This document shows positions 11,366-20,926 of a stretch of 64,000 nucleotides of DNA, in pieces. Position 1 is the first letter of the stretch; every line of letters begins with the position of its first letter. This DNA comes from Gammaproteobacteria bacterium (lineage in GTDB: Bacteria > Pseudomonadota > Gammaproteobacteria > Eutrophobiales > Eutrophobiaceae), in assembly GCA_965222155.1 (NCBI GenBank), contig CBDCTH010000012.1, positions 1,280,001 to 1,344,000 on the forward strand, written 5' to 3'. The position numbers were made by a program, and so were the translations under genes. The notes below the pieces were generated by a model. It worked only from the letters and a program-made list of their open reading frames with translations. It made no database searches and was not told the origin of the DNA.

Positions 11366-11395
11366 CTGTTATGCCAGTATATTTTGAACGCCTAG

Positions 11396-11430
11396 CTCTC
11401 CGCCATAGGCGTTCAGAATTTACTGGCAAA
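11396..11430 (+). repeat. tRNA 3' copy plus left end of TIR unit 3
   Basis: CTCTCCGCCA then TAGGCGTTCAGAATTTACTGGCA, similar to the unit 2 TIR. Confidence 0.8.
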
Positions 11431-11474
11431 ATTAAAAATGGTATTATTTCTTATATATTACAAGGAGTTATGCC

Positions 11475-13428
11475 ATGATTGCACGGCCAGGAGTCCCTGT
11501 CAGTGTAGAAATTCCTATAGTCGGCAAGAAAAGCGATATTCAGGTCAATCATTGCCGCATGCCAGACTGTGATAACTACGGAATTCCCGCCATAACGACC
11601 CAGATTAAGCCCGGACCGTCACCTGACCGGGACATGCATTACAAGGTGGCAACCACAAATAAAGGTCGTGTGTCCGCACTGGTCTGCAAGTGTTGCGGTG
11701 AGAAACCACCCATTAAGTCCAACCTGGGGATTGCGGAGGAATTGGCCAGAATCAGCGATTTGCTTCTGGGGCCCGACCCGGGATGTCCTCGCAAGGACTG
11801 TGAAAATCATGGCAAAAGCACGGAAGCACATCCAAAACGTTACCATAAGCGCGGTCTTGATAATCACACGGGAAGGCCGGTAAGAGGCTGCAAGGCATGT
11901 GGTGGACGATTTCTCATCGGCATGGTTCCCCCACGAGTTCATCCGCAACACCATCACTTGGCGTCATCTGTCTTCAGCAGAGTGGTGAACAAAGCGCCGG
12001 TACGCCGCACCCTGCAAGGCATCGGCCTACTAGACAAGCCACAACTGTATTACGACATCATCCGCTTCATTCGACGGCGCTGCAATCACTTGATCGGCGG
12101 TCTGGAGCGGGGCATGTTGCGCGGGCAGGTACCGTTACCTGCAAACCTGCACCTGGTCACCGACCTGCAGCAATACCAGCTCAACTGGACAGACCGGTTG
12201 GACAAGCGCAATCCGATGTTCTCGGCCGTCTGTACGGTAGACCGTGACAGCCGTTACGTGTTCGGCCTGCACGCCAACTATGACCCCGATGCCGACGCCT
12301 TCGCCATTGCCAAGGAGGCCGCTGAGCGAGGGGATTTCGAGCAGTCGGAAGCATTTCGCCGTCATGCAAGGCTCTGGTTGCCGGGCGCTGAATTGATGGG
12401 TGGGCGCGCTGCCGGCGAGCGCCTGGGACTGGCTCGAGTGCGGGCACTGCAGAAACAGTTGACGGAGATTTATGCGTCCGCGGTGAGCCGGGCTGATGTC
12501 GAGGACCGGGAACTGCAGGAGATGCACCCGGGGTTGCACAACTCGCAGGCCGGCACTGGCGCAGGTGCACGTGCTGTACACGGTGTACGCACACTTCTTC
12601 CTGATGCGCCAGTTGCTGCTGGGCGCCGGGGTCAGGCAGGTAGAGTACTCCATGGATTGTGAGTCCCTGCTGCGCGGCGCTTTCCTGAGTGCCTACCGGG
12701 ACGAGGTAAAGGACGGCACAGCGCACGGGTTTTACGTGCGTCATCATAAATACCTGACCGTCACGGAGCGGGAAACGGCTAAAAAAGAAGCCCGAGCACG
12801 TTTGGCGGTCTTTCGGGCAGGCTTGCCGGAAGATCAGCAGCGTGAGGCGGCACTGCTGTTGATGATGCGCAATATTGAGGCCGCTACCGCTTATGGAAAA
12901 TGGCAGGACCGCTGATTTAACCACCCGCTGCCGACCATGAACGAGCCGGAAAAGGCCGTGTGCTGGTTGACGTAGCGTAATGTTGACCTGAACAGCCGGA
13001 CACTGGCAGGGATGGCCATGCGGGCTGGTCTGGGGCCGGTGGATAACGTGTTCCAATTGACGCGCCGTTTCATGAACGCCCTGGTGCGTCCCATCGGCAC
13101 GTCGTCCGGCTATAACACCGTCTGGCATGGTTATGCGCCGTACAACCCCGCCATGCTGCAGCAGTACCTGGATTTGTTTCGCACGGCGCACAATTTCTGT
13201 CACACGGGGGATGACAAACAGACGCCAGCCATGCGTCTGGGGCTGGCAGAGCAGCCGCTCAGCTACGATGACGTGCTGTGGCCGGGGCAAGTACCGCCGG
13301 CACCACCGGTTGAACCGCAGACAGCCGGTGTGGACCTGTTATCCCGTTGGGATGGAGAGAATGAGACGGTAACAGCAGAGCAGGATCTGCCGGCCCAGGA
13401 TCAACACCTGCCCGCGCCGGGTTTCTGA
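11475..13428 (+). pseudogene. Zn-ribbon DDE-like transposase of the tRNA-inserted elements (frameshift ~12540, stops at 12913 and 12973)
   Basis: N-terminal Cys clusters (CRMPDC, CKCC, CPRKDC, CKAC); acidic motifs LVTD, YSMD; C-terminal HNF...TPAMRLGLA resembling IS1-type transposase ends; begins 70 bp inside a TIR. Confidence 0.68.
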
Positions 13429-13452
13429 TGACTACAAGAGGAGATTAGTTCC

Positions 13453-13938
13453 ATGACAACTGAAATACATCATGGTCAAGCCGAGGCCAATGACAGTGGT
13501 GCTGTGTCACCGGCTGTTTCGCCGATAAATTCTGTACACGGTGAACTTACTGAATATGAATACGAATGTGAACTGGAAGCCACCCAGGCCGAGCGTGCCC
13601 GGATAGTGCAGGAGACTGCATGGGATTCTGACCCGGACTGGCATGCGTTTCGGACATTGTGTTATCCGGACACCGAGACGCCCGATGCAGTGGCCATCAA
13701 AGAGGGAGTAAATCACTTGATTGCAGCCGCCCAACGCGGCCATGCGCCGGCCCAATGCCGATTGGCCACGGAATTGCACCTGGGAGAGGGTCGGTTGGGC
13801 ATTCAGCCGGACGTTTGCAAGGCAGTGGCCTGGTATCGGGCAGCGGCGAAGAACGGTGACCCGATTGCGCTTCAGTCCCTGGTTGTGTTGGAGGTAACCC
13901 ATCCCGATATCATGAAGCAGGACAGTGATGCATGTTGA
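13453..13938 (+). CDS. Sel1-like repeat protein
   Basis: AAQRGHAPAQCRLA...G..LGIQPDVCKAVAWYRAAAKNGD. Confidence 0.75.
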   Translation: MTTEIHHGQAEANDSGAVSPAVSPINSVHGELTEYEYECELEATQAERARIVQETAWDSDPDWHAFRTLCYPDTETPDAVAIKEGVNHLIAAAQRGHAPAQCRLATELHLGEGRLGIQPDVCKAVAWYRAAAKNGDPIALQSLVVLEVTHPDIMKQDSDAC

Positions 13939-14024
13939 GCGGCATTCTCTGGTGGGCAAGGACTACAGCACCCCCGCCATGCGGCAAAATTCCCGGTAAA
14001 TCGTAAAAAGCCAAACCGCCGCCG

Positions 14025-14068
14025 GGAAATTTTCCGAATTGACACTGTTTCGAGGATTGCCTTATAAT
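14025..14068 (+). promoter_or_regulatory. Sigma70 promoter of DGR target 1 with upstream GGAA-N3-TTCC palindrome
   Basis: TTGACA(14039)-18 bp-TATAAT(14063); same layout upstream of all three targets. Confidence 0.75.
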
Positions 14069-14111
14069 CCTTAAACATCCTCGCACTGCAACCGGATACC
14101 TGTTTCAGTCC

Positions 14112-16805
14112 ATGACTTTCGACCACTTACATGCGCTGCCGCCCGGCACGCGCTTTGAGGAATACCGGCTGGATGTGGTGCTGGGCGCCGGGGGCTTCGG
14201 CATCACCTACCGGGCGTACGATGAAAACCTGGACAAGGTCGTGGCCATCAAGGAATACCTGCCTGATTTTGCTACCCGGACGGGGGCCAGCACGGTGGTG
14301 CCCAAATCCAGCACGGACGCTCAGGATTATCATTGGGGTTTGACCCGGTTCCTGGACGAGGCCCGCACCCTGGCGCGGTTCGACCATCCTCACATGAACA
14401 AGGTGCATCGCTTTTTCGAGGCCAACGGCACGGCCTACATGGTGCTGGAGTACATCCACGGCGAGACCCTGGCAAACCGGTTGAGCCGCGAACCGCGCTT
14501 ACCGGAGGAGACTTTGCTGCGGTTGCTGGACGAAGTCTTGTCTGGCCTGGCAGTGATACACGAAGCTAGGTACGTCCACCGTGACATCAAGCCGGGCAAC
14601 CTGATGTTGCGCGAAGAGGACGGGAGTGCGGTGCTGCTGGACTTCGGCGCGGCGCGCCAAGCCGTGGGGCAGCGTTCGCAGCGGTTGACGACGATTTTGA
14701 CACCGGGGTATGCGCCGATTGAGCAGTATGACGGCAAGGTGGACCGCGTCGGCGCGTGGACGGACATCTATGCGTTGGGGATGGTGGCGTACCGGTGTAT
14801 CAGCGGGACCGGTGATGGAGACCTGACGGATGCGGTGGCGCGTAAGCTGGCGCAACACGACGATAACGCGGGACTGGCCTCGGCTGTGGAAGCAGGAAGA
14901 GGCCGGTACAGTCCGAAGTTACTGGCGGCGATTGACTGGGCGATAGAGGTGGATGAGGAGTCTCGGCCGCAGGGGGTGAGTGAGTGGAGCGAGTCACTGG
15001 CCGGGGGGGTGAGCAAGAAACGCACAGCCAGGTCGGCACGCAAGCCCGCGACCCGGTCTGCAAAGCCCCCGACAACGGAGCGCACCGGCATGAGTTGGTC
15101 GAGCATGGCGCTGACGGTAGTGATTGTCGTGCTGCTGGGGGCGAGCGCCTGGCAGGGCTGGCGTTTGTACCAGGGGATGCCCGGGGTTGGCATGGCTGAC
15201 ACCGAAACAACGGCGGAGCCGCAGGCGGGTATTCAGACTGAACCACGAACAGGCACAGAGTCAGATATCCAGCTCGACAGTCCGGCACAGACCGCGCCAG
15301 AAACACCCGACACCAAGTTAGCGTCGGTAGACAGCACAAAGCCGGAAGCGAGCCAGCCGGTTACAGGGCCGAGCGCTTCACCGCCTCCTGAAGAAGATGA
15401 AGTCTCTCGTTTACTGGCGGCAGCCGAGGCCGACATCACGGCGCGGCGCTTGACCAGCCCTGTCGGGAACAATGCCTGGGAGAAGTATCAACGGGTATTG
15501 AGTTTATCCCCTGCCCACCCCGAAGCCATGGCGGGGATGGAGCGGGTGATGGGGAGTTACCTGGAGTTGTTCGGGGCTGCGCTGGAGCAGGAGGATTTTG
15601 ACAAGGCGGGTAGTTACCTGGGACGTATTCGTGAGTTACACCCGGACTCACCGGTGCTGGAGGAAGGTGTGCGCCGTATTGAAACGAGCAAGCAGGAGCA
15701 GGCGGACCGGTTGTCAAGGAGGCAGGCCATTCGGGCACGCCTGGACTCGTTTGAGACGGCGTTACGGCAGGATAAGCTGGACGAGGCGGCGGGTTACCTG
15801 GATCGAATACGCGCCCTGGATGCAAATGCAGCGGGGTTGGCAGAGGGGGAACAGCGTCTTGCCGAGGCCCGGCAGGCGGAGGCGGAGTTGGCGCGGCAAC
15901 GGCAGGCGGAGGCCGGCCGGCATGTAGCGCAGTTTGAGGAAGCGATGCAGGAAGGAGGCCTTGACAAGGCGGCGAGACACATCGCAGGCATTCGTAGATT
16001 ACACCCGGACTGGCCTGAACTGGGGGATGCAGAACAGCGTTTTGCCAAGGCCCGGGAGACAGAGAAGGAACGCCAGCGCAGAGAGGGCGAAGCAAGAGCG
16101 AGGGAACTGGCCGATGAAATGGTCTCGATACCCGCCGGCACGTTCCGCATGGGGGACATGAGTGGCGATGGTCAGAGTGATGAAAAACCGGTCCACCGCG
16201 TAAGGGTGTCGGCCTTCAATCTGGGCAAGTACGAGGTGACGTTTGCCCAATGGGACGCCTGCGTAGCGGACGGGGGTTGTGGCGGTTACCGGCCGGAGGA
16301 TTATGGCAGCGGCCGGGATAATCACCCGGTGATAAACGTCTCCTGGGACTATGTCCAGACGTTCATCTTCTGGTTGAATAAGAAGACCGGCGGTAATTTC
16401 CGCTTGCCGAGCGCGGCGGAGTGGGAGTATGCGGCCCGTGCCGGGAGCAAGACCAAATACTCTTGGGGGAACAGCATCGGCAGCAACCGGGCGAATTGCG
16501 ACGGTTGCGGCAGTCGATGGGATGATGACCGGACTGCGCCGGTGGGGAGTTTCTCTGCCAATGCCTGGGGGTTACATGACATGCACGGCAACGTGTGGGA
16601 GTGGACAGAGGACTGCTGGAACGACAGTTACGCGGGGGCGCCGAGTGACGGCCGCGCCTGGGAACTGGGGAACTGCGGCCGGCGTGTGCGTCGCGGCGGT
16701 TCCTGGAACGACGGGCCGTGGAACCTGCGTTCCGCCAGCCGTGACAGGTTTACCCGCTCGGACCGCCTCAACTTCATCGGCTTCCGCTTGGCCCAGGACA
16801 AGTAG
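14112..16805 (+). CDS. DGR target 1: Ser/Thr kinase - TM - helical repeats - FGE-sulfatase/CLec domain
   Basis: VAIKE, HRDIKPGN and DFG kinase motifs; TM 'MALTVVIVVLLGASAW'; FGE motifs RLPSAAEWEYAARAG, DMHGNVWEW, RGGSW...GFRLA. Confidence 0.93.
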   Translation: MTFDHLHALPPGTRFEEYRLDVVLGAGGFGITYRAYDENLDKVVAIKEYLPDFATRTGASTVVPKSSTDAQDYHWGLTRFLDEARTLARFDHPHMNKVHRFFEANGTAYMVLEYIHGETLANRLSREPRLPEETLLRLLDEVLSGLAVIHEARYVHRDIKPGNLMLREEDGSAVLLDFGAARQAVGQRSQRLTTILTPGYAPIEQYDGKVDRVGAWTDIYALGMVAYRCISGTGDGDLTDAVARKLAQHDDNAGLASAVEAGRGRYSPKLLAAIDWAIEVDEESRPQGVSEWSESLAGGVSKKRTARSARKPATRSAKPPTTERTGMSWSSMALTVVIVVLLGASAWQGWRLYQGMPGVGMADTETTAEPQAGIQTEPRTGTESDIQLDSPAQTAPETPDTKLASVDSTKPEASQPVTGPSASPPPEEDEVSRLLAAAEADITARRLTSPVGNNAWEKYQRVLSLSPAHPEAMAGMERVMGSYLELFGAALEQEDFDKAGSYLGRIRELHPDSPVLEEGVRRIETSKQEQADRLSRRQAIRARLDSFETALRQDKLDEAAGYLDRIRALDANAAGLAEGEQRLAEARQAEAELARQRQAEAGRHVAQFEEAMQEGGLDKAARHIAGIRRLHPDWPELGDAEQRFAKARETEKERQRREGEARARELADEMVSIPAGTFRMGDMSGDGQSDEKPVHRVRVSAFNLGKYEVTFAQWDACVADGGCGGYRPEDYGSGRDNHPVINVSWDYVQTFIFWLNKKTGGNFRLPSAAEWEYAARAGSKTKYSWGNSIGSNRANCDGCGSRWDDDRTAPVGSFSANAWGLHDMHGNVWEWTEDCWNDSYAGAPSDGRAWELGNCGRRVRRGGSWNDGPWNLRSASRDRFTRSDRLNFIGFRLAQDK
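16678..16796 (+). repeat. DGR variable repeat VR1
   Basis: 119-nt match to TR; 16 differences at TR adenines and 1 non-A difference. Confidence 0.95.
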
Positions 16806-16884
16806 ACCGAAGGCATTATGCCAACTATCTGTACGAAACTTTCTATCAGGATTCCCTTTAAACTTTTCCCTTTTTCCCTTTTCT

Positions 16885-16905
16885 GCCCGGCGCATAGCGC
16901 CGGGC
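16885..16905. promoter_or_regulatory. GC hairpin after VR1 (candidate DGR target-recognition cruciform)
   Basis: GCCCGGCGC-ATA-GCGCCGGGC, preceded by a pyrimidine tract shared by all three targets. Confidence 0.7.
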
Positions 16906-16966
16906 CACGATTTTTTTAGGGTTTGCCTGTTCAATCACCTCCCTGACGGAACCCCAATCACACCCC

Positions 16967-19055
16967 TCACGGAGAACAACCTGAGCCTCTGGTTACGTCA
17001 GCTATCATCTGTCTCCATGTATCCAACCACTCCAGACTGCATCGGTACAGTACCGGCTCCCCTGTGTATTCGCGGTGGAAGCATGACTCGAATGCATCAA
17101 TATGGTCATGCATGTCGCCCCACATTTTTTGACATGAAAAAGTTTCGAGATACTCGGGCAAGACAAGATTGTCTGTCCAGTTTTCGAAATCTGCCCGGAC
17201 ATGGGAACAAGGGTCGTCGACGGGATAAAGCTCCGGCGAATCACACGAAGCATTAAGGTCCAGGTCCGATTCGGGTAACGGCCGGTTATCGCCCCTGCCC
17301 CCTGGATTTTCATCCATCGATTCTGCGAGTTGCCTTGCACGTTCCATCCTTATCCATCTCTTCGTAATAGCTGTCTGTCGGATTCGCTGCCTGTTCCCGG
17401 GCGGCCCGGGTTTACCTGTCCAGGTAGGCATTGGCATCCTCTACGCCGCGTTCCAACTGTATCTCGCGATACTCTCGGGCCACGCTCCTGTCCGATCGCA
17501 GCAGGTCGGTCTGCGTCTTGATTTTTTCACGCTCCCTGCGTTCCTGCTCCTGATGGTGCTCTTCAATTTGCGGGGAAATAATATGTTCGTCTATCTCGGA
17601 ACACCAACCTGGTCCCGAACTCCCAGGAAGTCGTCAGCTTCCCGACCACTCCCAGAGCACGCGGCGCGGTCCTCGCTGCTGCGCTGAGCGTGCCCATTCC
17701 CAGCCTGCCCAAAACCTTGCCGATTTGCTTGAGTCCTGTATTCACGACGCTGTCCTCGATTTCCCCTGCAACATAGTCTTGGGATATATCGACCAGCGTA
17801 TCCCGGCAGACCACGCGGTTTGCGGACAGGTTCTCACCGGTGCAGTCTGCAGCGCGGGACATGGCGTCCATGGCGGTCTCCACCCCTTTCGGGTCGACCG
17901 TGTCTCAATCGGCGTGGCGCTGGTCATCCACGCGGGCGCGACCGGCGTCGCGGCATCTGCGGCGCTAAGCCGTTCCCCAGGCACGATCCGGAGTTCGCTG
18001 ATACGGTACGCGGAATCAACCGTGCGCTCCCAGTAAGTCAGCAAGGCGACGTCCAGCAGCGGGTTGTAGTAGAGCGCCGCGGGCGTGGGCGTGTCCGCGG
18101 CGCGTGTTTCGATGACGGCATTCTCAAAAAACGGCCCCCAGGTTTGTTTGAGCACGCTGTTGCGCTGCGCTTCCGTCGCATCCGGCGGCACCAGCCAGCT
18201 TACGCCCGGTATCAGTCCCAGTACCCGCATAGACATATCGTCGCGGTCTACGACCGAGCGGCGTAACGCCGCCGCCTGTCCGGGGAACCCCGGCGTCTCG
18301 GCAGGTTCAGCCTGCGGAACGGCCGCAACGGGAGGGGCTTCGGCCGGCGGGCCGGTAGCTGTCTCCGGCTCTGCCGCTACTGCTTGCGTCACTGTAACCG
18401 GCAGGGCAGCCTGTTCCTGCTCTGTCGGTGGCGTTTCCGGCGGCGCCGTGACCAGGTCGTAGGTCTCGATCAGGCCCAGCCGTCCCCGGACCGCGACAAA
18501 CGAACCCGTATGGGGCAGTTTGAACATGGTGACCGGCTGTTTTGCGCCGGACCCCTTGTCAGTCCAGATCAGGGAACTGGTGACGACTTTTTCCGTGAGG
18601 CTCGCCGGCACACAACGGTAATCTGGCAGGGACGGTTTTTCATATCCTGCCTGGGGAACGCTGCCCAGGCAGCGGTATTGATCGCCGGGCGGGACGGCCC
18701 GCCACATCGAACCGTCCTGCCGCGCCCCGCTGCCCTTGTCCTTCCATATCAATTCCCAGTCTACCGGTACGGCCAGTTGCGCCGAGTCCTTTACTGTCAG
18801 CACACAGTCGACACCGGTTAGTTCCTTTAGGCGGGACCCATAGCCGCCGATAATGAAATACGTCGGCTCTGCAACCGGGAGGTAAAAATAGCCGTCCAGG
18901 TCCGCGCCCGAGCCCTTGTCATCCCAGGTCTTTTCCATGGAGCACGCCGGCCTGGTATCAAGCCGGGCGCCTGTTGCCGTGGGATTGTCAACCTGGGCAA
19001 GAACGCCTGCGGAGATGAACCAGGCAAGGAACAGGAAGCAGGTAGGGCGCATCAT
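16967..19055 (-). pseudogene. Secreted protein with N-terminal Vps62-like domain, fragmented (ORFs 17742-19055, 17563-17883, 16967-17437)
   Basis: Signal peptide; three W.DKGSGA repeats with GYEKP..DYRCV; Pro/Ala linker; downstream ORFs in shifted frames. Confidence 0.55.
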
Positions 19056-19205
19056 CAGTGTTTGTTCAGTTTCCTTAAAGTCCGGTTAGTCCTGCTCATT
19101 CCGGGAATGGGATAGATACACCGGATTGTAGTCAGGTGGCGCTGATGTTGCAAGCTTTGAGGATATCCTGTATGTGGCAAACAACTACTTCGGTCCGAAG
19201 GAAAG

Positions 19206-20839
19206 CAGCTATTCCCGCTAACGCCTGGGTCGTCACGAAATCCCGATAAATACGGGGTTTTTGAGAAGGCTGAAAAAAGGTTTTCGTAAACGTTTGGCAT
19301 TGCTTCAGTATAGTAGGGAGTATTATTCAAGTCAAAAGTGAGGTGAGAAGCCATGTCTCGACCTTCGTTTCGCAAAACTTTGAGTCTCCCCGGTCTGTTA
19401 GCTGAGGTACGTCGTTGTTTTCAAGCCATCCCGGACGGCAAGGTGGGTCGGGGCTTGACCCTGACGGAGTATCTGCTGTCGGGGTTGGCGGTATTCGGTT
19501 TGAAGTACCCGTCATTATTGCAGTTTGATGCAGGCCGTCAGAACGAGGTGGTGCGTTCGAACCTGCGCACGTTATACGGGATTGTGCGGGTCCCCTCGGA
19601 CACGGCGTTGCGTGAGCGGCTGGATGAGGTGGACCCGTCCCGGTTACGGCGGGCGTTCCGGCGGGTGTTACAGGTGTTGCAGTGTGGCAAGGGTCTGGAG
19701 GACTTTCAGTGGTGGGCCGGTCATTACCTGTTATCGGTGGACGGGACGGGCTATTTTTATTCGGACCAGGTGCATTGCGAGCAGTGCTGTGAGACACACC
19801 ACCGGGACGGTCGGGTGAGTTATTATCATCAGTTGTTGGGGGCGGTACTGGTACATCCTGACCAACGTGCGGTGTTGCCGTTAGCACCGGAGCCCCTCTT
19901 ACGTGCGGACGGGGTGGCTAAGAATGACTGTGAGCGCACTGCGGCGTAGCGCTTGCTGACGGACGTGCGGCGCGAGCATCCCCACCTGAAACTGGTTGTA
20001 GTGGAAGATGCGTTGGCGGCCAACGGGCCGCATATCAAGTTATTACAGTCGTTGAAGCTACGTTATATCCTGGGGGTGAAGCCCGGCGACCATGCGTTTC
20101 TGTTTGATTGGGTGGCTACCACGCCGGGGGTGCAGAGCGCGGCGTTGACCGGGGAAGACGGCACCGTGCACCGGTTTCGTTACCTTAACGGTGCGCCGTT
20201 GAACGAGAGTCACTTTGACCTTCAGGTGAACTTCCTGGCGTATGAAGAGCAGCGTCCCTCAGGCAAGGTACGGCATTTTACCTGGGTGACGGATATACCG
20301 TTACACGAGGCCAACCTGCTGCGGGTGATGCGCGGGGCGCGGGCGCGTTGGAAGATTGAGAATGAGACATTCAATACCCTGAAGCACCAAGGCTATCACT
20401 TTGAGCATAACCTCAAGCATGGCTATCAGCACCTGTCCACGGTGCTGGCGTACCTGATGATGCTGGCGTTTCTGGTAGACCAAGTGCAGCAGCACTGCTG
20501 CGGACTGTTTCAACAGGCGTCGGCGAAGGAGAAATATAAACGCTACTTCTGGGAGACGCTGCGCAGCTTCTTCTTCACCTGGCTGCTGCCGGACTGGGAG
20601 ACGTTGTATCGGGCGCTGGCCTATGGCGCTGCCCCGCGCGTGCTGACCCCCTATGATACCTCTTAAGGGTGAGCCGTGACCGGGTAGCTCAAGGCGAGGG
20701 ACTTCAGGGGATACCAAGCTGAATACAGAACACCGGGGACAGCCGGAGGGCCGCCCATCCCCTGCTGGTCGGGTCATTGTGAAAAAAATGAATCTGGCCC
20801 GATAATGCTGCCGATCGCAGGAGTTAGCGGGAACACCTG
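19206..20839 (+). mobile_element. IS element (ISNCY/ISDol1-like) with inactivated transposase
   Basis: TIRs CAGCTATTCCCGCTAAC / GTTAGCGGGAACACCTG; flanking GAAGGAAA duplication (19197, 20840). Confidence 0.8.
19353..20666 (+). pseudogene. DDE transposase with in-frame TAG at 19947
   Basis: LSVDGTGYF, DGVAKNDCE, VEDAL, RARWKIENETFNTLK..GYHFEHN. Confidence 0.85.
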
Positions 20840-20842
20840 GAA

Positions 20843-20886
20843 GGAAATCTTCCGTATTGACACGGTTTCCGGGACTACCTTACAAT
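20843..20886 (+). promoter_or_regulatory. Sigma70 promoter of DGR target 2
   Basis: GGAAATCTTCC, TTGACA(20857)-18 bp-TACAAT(20881). Confidence 0.72.
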
Positions 20887-20926
20887 CCTTAAACGCCTCA
20901 GCACTATAAATTGAGATCACAAACCC

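Larger units (their letters stand above)
9555..11394. mobile_element. tRNA-3'-inserted non-autonomous TIR element, unit 2 (carries HipBA-like TA)
   Basis: Perfect 28-bp TIR TAGGCGTTCAAAATATACTGGCATAACA (9555-9582) / its reverse complement (11367-11394), flanked by GCTCTCCGCCA on both sides. Confidence 0.88.

Noticed and set aside
12181-13290. Long antisense ORFs here and opposite the kinase/FHA genes (e.g. 27752-28630, 29006-30010)
   Set aside because: GC-rich shadow frames of real genes with no recognisable motifs
16115-16805. FGE domains as active formylglycine-generating enzymes
   Set aside because: The catalytic Cys-containing region is replaced by the variable repeat; a binding CLec fold is more likely
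12913-19949. Stop-codon recoding to explain in-frame stops in transposases
   Set aside because: Both TGA and TAG occur along with frameshifts, only in mobile or accessory genes, and normal genes end in all three stops; decay is simpler
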